Assembly: GCA_963805975.1 (NCBI GenBank)
Contig: CAWDVR010000002.1
Location: forward strand, 256,001 to 320,000
From: an uncultured Acidobacteriota bacterium
GTDB taxonomy: Bacteria; Acidobacteriota; Thermoanaerobaculia; Multivoradales; SZUA-115
Length of the DNA: 64,000 nt
Direction: 5' to 3'
The notes beneath the pieces are model-generated. The model searched no databases. It was not told where the DNA came from and saw nothing but the letters and a program-made list of their open reading frames with translations. Every line of letters begins with the position of its first letter. Position 1 is the stretch's first letter. The position numbers and the translations under genes are program-made. Below are positions 41,298 through 50,715 of the stretch, piece after piece.

Positions 41298-42596
41298 GCC
41301 AGCCTCCTCGCCGCCGCTGCGGCATGGGCCGGCAGGCCCTCGGCCTGGGCCAGGGCCACCACCGCGGGCGCCAGGCGCGCGGCGCCGGCCGGCGTCGCCC
41401 TCACCACGTGGCTCCGGCGCACGAAGTCCTCGACCCCCAGGGCCGAGGCGAAGCGCGCCGAGCCGCAGGTGGGGAGCACGTGGCTGGGGCCGGCGAGGTA
41501 GTCGCCGAGGACCTCGCCCGCGGCCGCACCCACGAACACCGCACCGACGGAGCGCACCCTGGGCGCGAGCGCCTCCGGCCTCGGCGCCCACGAGCTGCAG
41601 GTGCTCGGGCGCGATCTCCTCGACCAGGGACAGCGCTTCCTCCCAGGACTCGACGAGGAAGGCGCGGCCGAAGGCGGCGAGCGCCGCGCGGGCGGTGTCC
41701 GCCGTGGCAAGCGCGGGGAGCTGCGCTGCGAGCTCCGTCTCTACCGCCCGTGCCAGGCTGCGCGACGGCGTCACCAGCACCGCCGCGGCCAGCGGGTCGT
41801 GCTCGGCCTGGGCCAGGAGGTCGGCGGCCAGGAGCGCAGGGTCGGCCTCCTCGCCGGCCAGGATCACCACCTCGGTGGGCCCGGCGAGGCCGTCGATCGC
41901 CACCTCACCCGCCACGCGACGCTTGGCGGCCGTCACCCAGGCGTTGCCGGGGCCCACGATCTTGTCCACCCGCCGGATGGTCTCGGTGCCGTGGGCGAGC
42001 GCGGCCACGGCGTGGGCACCGCCCATGCCCCAGACCTCGGTGATCCCGAGACGGGCCAGCGCGTAGCGCAGCGCCGGGCTCCCCGCGTACGCGGCGGGCG
42101 GTGTCGCGACAGCGATCTCCGCCACTCCCGCCAGCCGCGCCGGCACCACGGTCATCACCACGGTCGAGGGGTAGGAAGCGCGCCCGCCCGGCACGTAGAC
42201 GCCCACTCGCGCCAGAGGCAGGCGCCGCTCCTCGAGCACCAGGCCGTCCTCCTCCAGCCGGTAGCCGGCAGCGACCTGGGGCCGATGGAAGCGCTCCACC
42301 CGCTCGATGGCCAGCTCGATCGCCTCCGCCAGCGCCGGCGGCACCAGGCGCAGCTCGGCCGCCAGGTCGGGTGGTCCCAGCGCCAGCTCCGCCGCGGTGG
42401 TGGCCACCGAGCCGTCGAAGGACCGTGCCGCGGCGAGGAGGGCCTTGTCCCCCCGGCGGCGCACGTCCTCCACCAGGCGCTCCGCCTGGCGGGTGACCCG
42501 CCGGTCGAGCACCCGGCGCCCGCGGCCGGCGAGCCGCGCGAGAGCGCGCCGGCCGGCCGCGGACCCGGCGCGGACCACCGGGAGCAGGCGGCTCAC
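41294..42596 (-). CDS. hisD: histidinol dehydrogenase (one +1 frameshift near 41580)
   Basis: GVYVPGG, GGAHA, GPGNAWV, AGPTE, QAEHD, PEHL then [13 protein letters not shown] in the next frame. Confidence 0.9.
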
Positions 42597-43219
42597 GCCG
42601 CCACCCCCGCCGCTTCGAGGCGATCGAAGAGCGCGTTGAGCTCGCGCCGGTGGCGCTGGTACGAGGCCCGGTTGAGCACCACCACCGGCGCCACCTCGGC
42701 CACGGCCTCGATCTCGACCAGGCCGTTCTCGGCCAGGGTGCGGCCGGTCTGCACGATGTCGAGCGCGATCTCGGCCAGGTCGAGGAGCGGCGCCAGCTCG
42801 AGCGACCCGGAGAGCGGCACGATCTCCACCGACCAGGGCCAGGCCGAGGCCAGGCGGGCGGCGAAGCGCGGGTACTTGGTGGCGAGCCGCACCTGCGCCC
42901 CGGGCGCCGGGCGGCTGCCGGGCCGGCCGATCAGCGACAGGCGGCAGCGGCCGGCGGCGAGCGCCAGCGGTGCCAGCAGGTCGCCGTCCACCTCGGCCAG
43001 CACGTCGCTCCCCACCAGCCCGAGATCGGCGATGCCGTGCTCCACGTAGAGCGGCAGGTCCCAATCCTTGAGCAGCAGCAGCTCGAGCCCCAGCTCCGGC
43101 CGCGGGACGAGAAGCTGGCGGCCGTTGCCGGCCGCGCTCCGCAGATCGACGCCGGCGGCGCCGAACGCGACGAGGGCCGCTTCGAGGTTTCGGCCCTTGG
43201 GCAGCGCCAGCCGGATCAC
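42593..43219 (-). CDS. hisG: ATP phosphoribosyltransferase, short form
   Basis: ALPKGR, ADLGLVGSD, ATKYP, GSLELAP, DIVQTGRTLAENGL; 208 aa. Confidence 0.92.
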   Translation of the reverse strand: MIRLALPKGRNLEAALVAFGAAGVDLRSAAGNGRQLLVPRPELGLELLLLKDWDLPLYVEHGIADLGLVGSDVLAEVDGDLLAPLALAAGRCRLSLIGRPGSRPAPGAQVRLATKYPRFAARLASAWPWSVEIVPLSGSLELAPLLDLAEIALDIVQTGRTLAENGLVEIEAVAEVAPVVVLNRASYQRHRRELNALFDRLEAAGVAA

Positions 43220-44196
43220 GCCGCCTCCCTGCCGTCCGAGGCGGCCAGCCGGTCGAGGCTGAGTGAGAACCCCACCGCCGGCAGTACCGCTCCGAGGCGC
43301 GAGAACAGCGAGTCGTAGCGGCCTCCGGCCCCCACCGGCTGGGCGTCGCCGGCCACGTAGGCGCGGAAGACCAGGCCGTCGTAGTAGCCCTCGGCGTCGG
43401 GCGCCGCGTCACCCGCCGCGAGCCGCGGATCGAGCGTGAAGCGCGCGAACTCTGCGAGATCGACACTCAGCTCGATCTGCCCTTGCTCCTGGCCGAGCAC
43501 GGCGGCGAGCTGCTGTAACTGCCGCAGCCGCTCTCCCGCCCGCGGGCCGAGGTCGGCGGGGTCGGCCGGCAGGCCGTCCTCCACCACCTGGGCGAGGGCC
43601 CGGGCCGCGCGCCGGGCGGGGCCGCGCTCGCGCCTCGCCACGGCCCGCGCCAGCTCCCCGGCAGCCTCGCCGCCCGCGGCGAGCAGCAGCTCGTCGAGCG
43701 CACCGGCAAAGCCGAGCACCACCTGCGGCCGGGGCGCACCGCTCCGCGCCAGCACTGACACGAAGAGGCGCAGCAGTTCCTCGTCCGCGGCGGGGCCCGC
43801 GGCGCCCAGCAGCTCCGCACCGAGCTGGTACAGCTCGCGCGTTCGCCCCGAGCGGTCCTCCTGCTGGCGGACGACGTCGCCCCGGTAGAAGAGCCGCAGC
43901 GGCAGCGGAAGGTGCGCCAGGCGGGGTGCCAGGAGCCGCGCCAGCATGGGCGTGAAGTCCGCGCGCAGGGCCAGCACCTCGCCGGCGCGGTCGACGAAGC
44001 GGTAGAGCCGCCCGCGCGCCGCGGCCCCCAGCAGCGGCTCGTAGGGCTCGAAGTAGTCGAGGATCGGCAGCAGGACCTCGCCGTAGCCGGCCGCTTCGAG
44101 CACGGCCGCGAGCCGGCCTTCCAGCCGGCGCCGCTCCGCGGCGGCCTCGAAGAAGAGGGCGGCCACGCCCGCGGGCAGCGCCGCCGAGACTCTCAT
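43216..44196 (-). CDS. hisZ: ATP phosphoribosyltransferase regulatory subunit
   Basis: LRADFT, QLGAEL, YYDGLVF, GGRYD; directly upstream of short hisG. Confidence 0.88.
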   Translation of the reverse strand: MRVSAALPAGVAALFFEAAAERRRLEGRLAAVLEAAGYGEVLLPILDYFEPYEPLLGAAARGRLYRFVDRAGEVLALRADFTPMLARLLAPRLAHLPLPLRLFYRGDVVRQQEDRSGRTRELYQLGAELLGAAGPAADEELLRLFVSVLARSGAPRPQVVLGFAGALDELLLAAGGEAAGELARAVARRERGPARRAARALAQVVEDGLPADPADLGPRAGERLRQLQQLAAVLGQEQGQIELSVDLAEFARFTLDPRLAAGDAAPDAEGYYDGLVFRAYVAGDAQPVGAGGRYDSLFSRLGAVLPAVGFSLSLDRLAASDGREAA

Positions 44197-45680
44197 CCCG
44201 CCTCCAGGCCGACGGCGCGCCGGCCGACCTCGAGGGGCAGCTCGGCCCCGGTCAGAATGCGAAACTGAGGGATGGCCTGGGCGAGGAGCACCTCCAGGCC
44301 GTCCACCACCACCAGGCCCCGGGCCCTGGCTTCGCGCGCCAGGAGCGTCGGCTGCCGGCCGTACACCAGGTCCACGATCACCGCGCCCGGCGGGAGGGTG
44401 GCCGCCGACACCGGCCCCGGCTCGCCGTCCTCGCGGCCGAGCGAGGTGGCGTTGACCAGCAGGCCGTAGGCGGAGGCGTCCAGCTCCGCGAGGGGGACGA
44501 AGGGAAGGCCGAGCTCATGGGCCACGCTCAGGCCGCGCTCCCGGTCCCGGTTCGAGACCGTGACCCTGGCGCCGGCGTTGGCGAGGCCCACGGCCGCCGC
44601 CCGGCCCGCGCCCCCGGCGCCGATCACCACCGCCCTGAGGCCCGCCACCGGCACGCCCCTGGCGGCGAGCGGCGCCACCACGCCCTCGGGGTCGGTGTTC
44701 TCCGCCTCCCACAGCTCGCCCCGCCGCAGCAGCGTGTTGGCGGCGCCCACGTGCTCCACCAGTGGGCTCGCCGCCGCGGCCACGGCGAGCGCCGCCTCTT
44801 TGAACGGCGCGGTGACGGCCAGGCCGACGAGAGGCAGCCCCAAGTTGTCGAGCCCCACTCCCTCGACGACCTCGAGCCAGAAGTCGCCGAACGACTCGGC
44901 GTGGAACGGCAGGAAGAGAGCGGGGATCCCCAGCGCGCGGTAGGCGGCGTTGTGCAGGCGCGGCGAGAGCGAGCGCGCCACCGGGTTGCCCACGATGCCG
45001 TACAGCCTCTCGACCGCCGGCAGCTCCGGCAGCCCGTAGTCGAGGACGAGCTGGGCCATCGTGGGCTGGCCGGGGGACGCGGGGACGTTGCCGGCAGAGC
45101 CGTAGACCACGGGCGCTCCCAGCCGCGGCGCGATGAGCCGCGTCCAGACCCCTGCGGGCCCCGAGGCGAAGGCGGCCACGTCGCGCCGGCCGAGCTGGGC
45201 CAGAAAGAGCAGCGGCGCCAGCTCGTCGCCCGGCTGCGTCGCCGCCGGCACCAGCTTGTAGAGCGCGGCCGGCACACGCGCGATCTCGGCGAAGCGGCTC
45301 TCGAGCCCGGCGAGGTCCGTGGCCGGGCCGTGCCAGGAGACCAGCCGGCGCTCGGGCGGGACCGCGGCCAGGATCTCGGGCGTCAGGTCGCGCGCGCCCT
45401 CGAGGTCGATGCGGTCATAGTCGGCCGCCGCGGCAGTGAGGAGCCGCTGCCGACGGCGGGCCGGCGCGCTCTCCGAGGCACCGCCCTCGGCCGAGCTGCG
45501 AAGCGTGTAGAGGAGCTTCTTGCCGGAGGCCCGGCGCAGGGCCGCGGCGTCGAGGTCGCCGGTCAGGTCGGCCCGGACCTCCAGCCATTCGACCGCGGCC
45601 GGGATCGCAGCCAAATCCTGGGCCGACGGCGGCGCCGTCAGGCTGGCGATCAATGAAGCTCGAGGGGCGTTCTGCTCCAA
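44193..45680 (-). CDS. fused type I 3-dehydroquinate dehydratase / shikimate dehydrogenase (AroD-AroE)
   Basis: EVRADL, TLRS..EGG, VSWH; SLSPRLHN, VTAPFK, AANT, NTD, GAGGAGRA, NATSLG, DLVY; TTG start after GGAGGAG. Confidence 0.88.
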   Translation of the reverse strand: MEQNAPRASLIASLTAPPSAQDLAAIPAAVEWLEVRADLTGDLDAAALRRASGKKLLYTLRSSAEGGASESAPARRRQRLLTAAAADYDRIDLEGARDLTPEILAAVPPERRLVSWHGPATDLAGLESRFAEIARVPAALYKLVPAATQPGDELAPLLFLAQLGRRDVAAFASGPAGVWTRLIAPRLGAPVVYGSAGNVPASPGQPTMAQLVLDYGLPELPAVERLYGIVGNPVARSLSPRLHNAAYRALGIPALFLPFHAESFGDFWLEVVEGVGLDNLGLPLVGLAVTAPFKEAALAVAAAASPLVEHVGAANTLLRRGELWEAENTDPEGVVAPLAARGVPVAGLRAVVIGAGGAGRAAAVGLANAGARVTVSNRDRERGLSVAHELGLPFVPLAELDASAYGLLVNATSLGREDGEPGPVSAATLPPGAVIVDLVYGRQPTLLAREARARGLVVVDGLEVLLAQAIPQFRILTGAELPLEVGRRAVGLEAG

Positions 45681-45709
45681 ACGAAAACTCCTCCCGGCCG
45701 GGAGGAGTC
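45681..45709 (-). terminator. attenuator terminator hairpin that also contains the aroDE SD
   Basis: GACTCCTCCC-GGCC-GGGAGGAGTT then TTCGTTT, immediately before TTG 45680. Confidence 0.8.
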
Positions 45710-45770
45710 GATTCGCGAACCTGCGAGCTCGATCATCCCGGTCCGTTGCGACCGGGACGCGAGCCCCGGC

Positions 45771-45854
45771 CTAGACCTTGGGATGCGCGTGCCAATGCCA
45801 GCCCCGAGCAACGAGCTCGGCAGCGGCGCAGGCGGGCAGGCGCAGGATGGTCAT
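45771..45854 (-). CDS. attenuator leader peptide MTILRLPACAAAELVARGWHWHAHPKV (Trp/His regulatory codons)
   Basis: Hand-translated 27-aa ORF, ATG 45854 to TAG 45773-45771; TGG CAT TGG CAC GCG CAT near its end; between a promoter and a terminator. Confidence 0.8.
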   Translation of the reverse strand: MTILRLPACAAAELVARGWHWHAHPKV

Positions 45855-45863
45855 CTGCCAGGG

Positions 45864-45893
45864 AGTAGAGCAAAGGGGGTGGAGAGGTGTCAA
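45864..45893 (-). promoter_or_regulatory. sigma70 promoter of the leader/aro-his-trp operon
   Basis: TTGACA (45893-45888), 18 bp ending in TGn, TCTACT (45869-45864), 9 nt before the leader ATG. Confidence 0.6.
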
Positions 45894-45985
45894 GGGTGAG
45901 CGACTGATCCGTCATCCAGTCAGGGAAGCCGCGCCTCCTCCTCGTAAACGGGGAGAGGAACAGGCGGTCGACACCGGCATGGAAA

Positions 45986-46405
45986 TCAGGCCGGCAGCAG
46001 CAGGTTCTCGAAGGGCTTCCGCTGCTTCCAGCGGTATGTGCGGAAGTCCCGCTGGTCGGTCGAGAGGATGCGGCCGTGACCCAGTTCCTCGGCAAGGAGC
46101 ACCAGCGAGGCGTCGGCCAGATCCATGGGCAGGTCGTAGTACTTGTCCATCAGGCCGATCAAGGGCAGGATGTGCTCCCGGTTCAGAGAAAAGACCTCGA
46201 AAGCTCCCTGGGCGTAGCCCGCGAGGAACGCCTTCTCGCTCGACAGACTCACGCGGTGCGCTAAGAGCTGACAGGTCTCGGTAACCACCGGCCAAGTAGT
46301 GATCAGCGGCTCGTCGTTACCATCGAGCCAGAGCTTCGCCGCCAAGTGATGTTTGTCGCGCTGGCTCGACGCTGCGATCCAGAACCCTGTATCAGCGATG
46401 ACCAT
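45986..46405 (-). CDS. VapC/PIN-domain toxin
   Basis: IADTGFWIA, VVTET, MDLADASL, ILSTDQRDF. Confidence 0.88.
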   Translation of the reverse strand: MVIADTGFWIAASSQRDKHHLAAKLWLDGNDEPLITTWPVVTETCQLLAHRVSLSSEKAFLAGYAQGAFEVFSLNREHILPLIGLMDKYYDLPMDLADASLVLLAEELGHGRILSTDQRDFRTYRWKQRKPFENLLLPA

Positions 46406-46652
46406 GTTTCTGCTGCAGGATCTCGAGCAGCTCCTCTTTGTAGGTCTCGGAGAGATTTCCCGGACCCTTTCCAGAACCGATGAAACCAGTCCTGGTCAGA
46501 ATCTCGAACGCTCGGCCGGGCTTGTTGCTAGCCTCGTCATAGAGCGCGTCGATCCCCCGCTTGACGACCTCGCTGGTTCCAACCTGGCTCCGCCGCTTCA
46601 GAAACTCGAGCTTGCGGGAACGCTCCGGGTCGAGTCGGGCGTTGATCCTCAT
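46392..46652 (-). CDS. putative RHH/CopG antitoxin
   Basis: MRINARLD...TSEVVKRGI; overlaps the PIN gene start. Confidence 0.75.
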   Translation of the reverse strand: MRINARLDPERSRKLEFLKRRSQVGTSEVVKRGIDALYDEASNKPGRAFEILTRTGFIGSGKGPGNLSETYKEELLEILQQKHGHR

Positions 46653-46706
46653 GAGGGCCTCCAGAGTGCGTCATACGCGCGTCAGACAGCCTAACATATA
46701 GGTCCA

Positions 46707-47231
46707 TCAGGCCCGGCCGGGGTCGCCCTTTCTCTCCTGCCGCAACTGCACCAGCGTCGCCCCCGGGCCCCCCAGGCGGGGTGGAGCGGAGGCGAAGGCC
46801 AGCACCTGTGCTCCCAAGGGCGGGGTGCTCAGCCAGCGGATGACGGCCTCTTTGAGGGTGGGACCATCCGGCGAGCGCAACCCGCGGCCGTGCACGATCC
46901 GCAGGCAGCGATAGCCGACCTGTACGGAGAGCGTGAGAGCCCCGGCCACGACCTCGCGTGCCCCCTCCTCGTGGAGGCCATGGAGGTCGATCTCGCGGTC
47001 CACCGGAACCTCGCCGCGCTCCAGCCTGCGCAGCAGCTTGCGGTCGACCCCGGCGGCCAGGCCTTCGACCCGCTCGCCGATGCGCTCGACCTCGAAGGCC
47101 ACGGAGAGAGAGCGAGGTCTGGCGGCCACGCCCTTCCCGCCGGGAGGCCTCCGGCGCACCACCTCCGCCGTCCGCGCCAGCGGCGCGACACCATCCATCG
47201 CGCGATCGAAGAGCTCGTCGTCCTCGCTCAC
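46707..47231 (-). CDS. Smr/MutS2 C-terminal domain protein
   Basis: LRRLERG, IDLHGL, IVHGRG, GGPGAT. Confidence 0.88.
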   Translation of the reverse strand: MSEDDELFDRAMDGVAPLARTAEVVRRRPPGGKGVAARPRSLSVAFEVERIGERVEGLAAGVDRKLLRRLERGEVPVDREIDLHGLHEEGAREVVAGALTLSVQVGYRCLRIVHGRGLRSPDGPTLKEAVIRWLSTPPLGAQVLAFASAPPRLGGPGATLVQLRQERKGDPGRA

Positions 47232-47252
47232 GGCCTGTCGAGGATACCGCTG

Positions 47253-48317
47253 CTAGTGGTCGTTCTCGTGCGCCAGGAAGTAGGCGATCAGCTGGTCGGC
47301 ATAGGTCTCGAGCCGGGGGACGGCAACTCCGCTGCCGTCGAGCGCGTCGAGGGTGTTGACGCAGTCGAAGGTCGCCTGGTGCTCGAAGTACGGGGCGCTC
47401 TGCCGCTGGAGGCCGAGCGGCTCGGCAATGCCGCTGCCCGCCACCAGGGCGGTGAGCGAGGTCGGCACTCGGATCCAGCTCCGGGCCCGGTAGAGGGCCT
47501 GCGAGAAGAGGTCGAAGATCTGCTCGGTGGTGTGCGGCTCCGGGTCGGTCAGGTGGAAGGTCTTGCCGGCGGCGTCCGCGCGTGCGGAGATCGTGGCGAT
47601 CGACTCGATGATGAAGTCCACGGGCACCATCTGGAAGCGCACCCCGGGCGAGCCCACGTTGAAGCGGTTCACCGGCCACGGCAGGCGGCGCATGACCTTG
47701 AGCAGCATGTAGGGGCCGTCGAACTTGGGCGTAGAACCGTCCTTGGAGCTGCCCACCACCACGGCCGGCCGGTAGATCACGACCGGCAGGCCGTCCGCCG
47801 CGAGACCCCGCACCGAGATCTCGGCGCGGTACTTGGTCTCCTCGTAGTGGTTGTTGAAACCGGCGTCGTGCTCGAGCTCGGCCTCGCGCACGATGCCCCG
47901 GCGCTTGCCGGCCACGGCGTAGGTCGAGACATAGTGGTAGCGCTCGAGCCCTTCGAGACCGCACACGAAGTCGTTCACCTGGGCGGTGCCGCCCACGTTC
48001 ACGCGCTCGGCCAGCTCGGCCGGCACCGCGAGGTCGTAGAGGGCCGCGAGATGGAAGACGGTGTCCACCTCGGAGGTCAGCCGCTGGTGATCGCGAGCGC
48101 CGAGACCGAGGCCCGGGAGAGTGATATCGCCGCTCACGATCTCGAAGCTTTCGACCGGCTTGCGGGCCGCCTCGGCGATGCGCTTCGCCGCGGCCCGCGC
48201 CTTCTCCGCGAAGCGCTCCTCGACGAGGAAGGTCCAGCGCTCGGAGGCCGACGCCAGGCGCTCCGCGAGCCGGGTGGCGAGGAAGCCGGGAAAGCCCGTC
48301 AGCAGAGTGTGCCGCAT
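47253..48317 (-). CDS. extended SDR (thioester-reductase/male-sterility-like) oxidoreductase
   Basis: TGFPGFLA, GDIT, HLAA, NVGGT, YEETK, RPAVVVG, VPVD. Confidence 0.85.
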   Translation of the reverse strand: MRHTLLTGFPGFLATRLAERLASASERWTFLVEERFAEKARAAAKRIAEAARKPVESFEIVSGDITLPGLGLGARDHQRLTSEVDTVFHLAALYDLAVPAELAERVNVGGTAQVNDFVCGLEGLERYHYVSTYAVAGKRRGIVREAELEHDAGFNNHYEETKYRAEISVRGLAADGLPVVIYRPAVVVGSSKDGSTPKFDGPYMLLKVMRRLPWPVNRFNVGSPGVRFQMVPVDFIIESIATISARADAAGKTFHLTDPEPHTTEQIFDLFSQALYRARSWIRVPTSLTALVAGSGIAEPLGLQRQSAPYFEHQATFDCVNTLDALDGSGVAVPRLETYADQLIAYFLAHENDH

Positions 48318-48379
48318 TGCAGCAGAGTATACTCGCCGGCACGCCGCTCTGCGGCACCCAACCTCACCGCGAGAGCCCC

Positions 48380-50122
48380 ATGACGCCGAACGCGACGCTC
48401 CCCAGGACCACCGACGAGGCGAGCCGGCTGCCCCCCACTCCGCGGTCCGCGATGGACGCGGCGGTCACGGCGCTGGCGGCGAAGAAGGACGCCTGGCTCC
48501 AGGTCAGCGCCGCCGAGCGCGTGCGGCTCCTCGGCGAGCTGATCGCGAGCTTCCAGACCGTGGCTCCGCGCTGGGTCGAGGCCTGCCTCGAGGCCGAGGG
48601 CATCCCGCCGGCCAACCCGCTCGCCGGCGAGGAATGGCTGGCCGGCCCCTACATGGTGTTCAAGAACCTCCGGCAGCTCAGGAGCTCACTCGCCGACGTC
48701 GCGGCCGGCCGCCGGCCCAAGATCCCGGGCGGGACCACGGTCCGTGCAGACGGCCAGGCGGTGGCGCACGTGTTCCCGGGCTCGGCCTACGACCGCCTCT
48801 TCTATCCCGGCATGACGGCCGAGGTGTGGATGGAGCCCGAGGTGACGCGCGACGAGCTGCCCGCCACCCAGGCCGTGGCCTACTTCGAGCCCCGAGGAAA
48901 AGGCGGGCTGACGCTGGTGCTCGGGGCGGGAAACGTGTCTTCGATCGGACCCATGGACGCTCTCTACAAGCTCTTCGTGGAGAACCGGGTGGTGCTGTAC
49001 AAGGCCCATCCGGTCAACGACTACCTGGGGCCTCTGCTCGAGGAAGGCTTTGCGCCGCTGGTTGAGCTCGGCTTCTTCCAGGTGGTCTACGGCGGCGCCG
49101 CCGAGGGTGCGTACCTGGGCGAGCACCCGGCGGTCGACGAGATCCACATCACCGGCTCGGACAAGACGGTCGACGCCATCGCGTTCGGCCCCGGTGAGGA
49201 GGGCCGCCGCCGCAAGGCGGAGCGCCGGCCCCGGAGCACCAAGGCCATCAGCAGCGAGCTCGGCAATGTGAGCCCGGTGATCGTGGTTCCCGGCCCGTGG
49301 AGCGTCGCCGACTTCGCCTACCACGGCGAGAACCTGGTGACCATGCTGGCCAACAACGCCGGCTTCAACTGCAACGCCACCCGCGTGGTCGTCACCCACG
49401 CCGGCTGGAGCGGCAGGAGCGAGCTCCTCGGTGCCGTGCGGCAAAGGCTCTCGACCCTGCCCTCGCGCCGCGCCTTCTACCCCGGCGCCGGAGATCGCTG
49501 GCAAGCGTTCGTCGGCTCGCACCCGCAGGCGGAACGGTTCGGTGAGGAGAGCTTCGGCCGCCTGCCGTGGGCCTTCATCCCCGGCGTCGACCCGGACGCT
49601 GCGGGCGACCTCTGCTTCACCACCGAGGCCTTCGCCTCCGTGTTTGCCGAGACGGCGCTCGCAGCGGAGGGGATCGTCGAGTTCCTGAGGCGCGCCGTCG
49701 ACTTCGCCAACCAGCGCCTCTGGGGCACGCTCAACGCCTGCCTGATCGTCCATCCCGCCTCGCTCGCCGATCCGGCGGTGGCCGCCGCCTTCGAGCAGGC
49801 GGTCGCGGACCTGCGCTACGGCACGGTGGCGATCAACCATTGGCCGGCGATCGGCTACGGGCTGGTGGTCACGCCGTGGGGCGCCTTTCCCGGCTCGGAC
49901 CTCTACGACGTGCAGTCCGGCACCGGCTGGGTGCACAACACGCTGATGTTCGACCGCGCGCAGAAGGCCGTGGTCCGCGCGCCGTTCAGGGCCCGCCCCA
50001 AGCCGCCCTGGTTCGTGAGCCACCGGACCGCCCACCGCCTGGGCCGGGTGCTCGCCGAGTTCGAAGCCGCGCCCTCGCTGCTCAAGCTGCCGGCGATCTT
50101 CGGCCACGCCCTCGCGGGCTGA
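48380..50122 (+). CDS. aldehyde dehydrogenase family protein
   Basis: LGAGN, HITGS, SELGNVSP, NAGFNC, EAF, YGTVAIN. Confidence 0.85.
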   Translation: MTPNATLPRTTDEASRLPPTPRSAMDAAVTALAAKKDAWLQVSAAERVRLLGELIASFQTVAPRWVEACLEAEGIPPANPLAGEEWLAGPYMVFKNLRQLRSSLADVAAGRRPKIPGGTTVRADGQAVAHVFPGSAYDRLFYPGMTAEVWMEPEVTRDELPATQAVAYFEPRGKGGLTLVLGAGNVSSIGPMDALYKLFVENRVVLYKAHPVNDYLGPLLEEGFAPLVELGFFQVVYGGAAEGAYLGEHPAVDEIHITGSDKTVDAIAFGPGEEGRRRKAERRPRSTKAISSELGNVSPVIVVPGPWSVADFAYHGENLVTMLANNAGFNCNATRVVVTHAGWSGRSELLGAVRQRLSTLPSRRAFYPGAGDRWQAFVGSHPQAERFGEESFGRLPWAFIPGVDPDAAGDLCFTTEAFASVFAETALAAEGIVEFLRRAVDFANQRLWGTLNACLIVHPASLADPAVAAAFEQAVADLRYGTVAINHWPAIGYGLVVTPWGAFPGSDLYDVQSGTGWVHNTLMFDRAQKAVVRAPFRARPKPPWFVSHRTAHRLGRVLAEFEAAPSLLKLPAIFGHALAG

Positions 50123-50211
50123 GCACCACCGGCGAGCCGGCCCGCCCCGCGCTTCGGCGGGTGCTACAGTACCGGCACCCTGGTTTCATCCTGTCGCGCC
50201 CGGAGGTGGCC

Positions 50212-50715
50212 ATGCTCCGCCGAAGCTGCGCTCTGCCGGCTCTCCTCTTGCTGCTCGCCTCGTGCGCGAGCAGTCCGGCGGCCCTGCACGGCGCCCGCGG
50301 CATGACTGGCGCGCCGGCCATAGGCGGCTCGCGCTGCTCCCGCTTCGAGCTCTGCGACTTCGACGACCACCCTTGCGATCCCGCGAGCGGCTGCACCTGC
50401 GCCTACATGACCCATACCTGCGAAACCCGGTTCAACTGGTGCACCAACGACAGCCAGTGCCGGGACGCCCTGGACGACGGCGGCGCACGCTGCATCGGCA
50501 ACGCCTGCTGGGGCACCGGCGTCGACTGCCAGAGCCTGCAATGCAAGAACGGCCACGGCTGCGCCGGCGACCAGGACTGCCAGGCAGGCTGGACGTGCTC
50601 GGCCGGCAACGGTGTCTGCAAGCCGGCGGGCGGAGAGAACCCGGAGCCGGGCCGCGCTCAGCTCTCGCCCGCCGCCAGCACCAATGCCCCCACGCGCTCG
50701 ATGCTCGCGAAATGA
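50212..50715 (+). CDS. cysteine-rich lipoprotein
   Basis: GGAGG SD; lipobox LASC; 16 further Cys in C-x4-5-C repeats. Confidence 0.65.
   Translation: MLRRSCALPALLLLLASCASSPAALHGARGMTGAPAIGGSRCSRFELCDFDDHPCDPASGCTCAYMTHTCETRFNWCTNDSQCRDALDDGGARCIGNACWGTGVDCQSLQCKNGHGCAGDQDCQAGWTCSAGNGVCKPAGGENPEPGRAQLSPAASTNAPTRSMLAK

Noticed and set aside
40575-43466. Apparent HisD-HisC fusion ORF
   Set aside because: Produced by the +1 insertion at ~41580; after correction hisD ends at 41294 and hisC starts at 41297.
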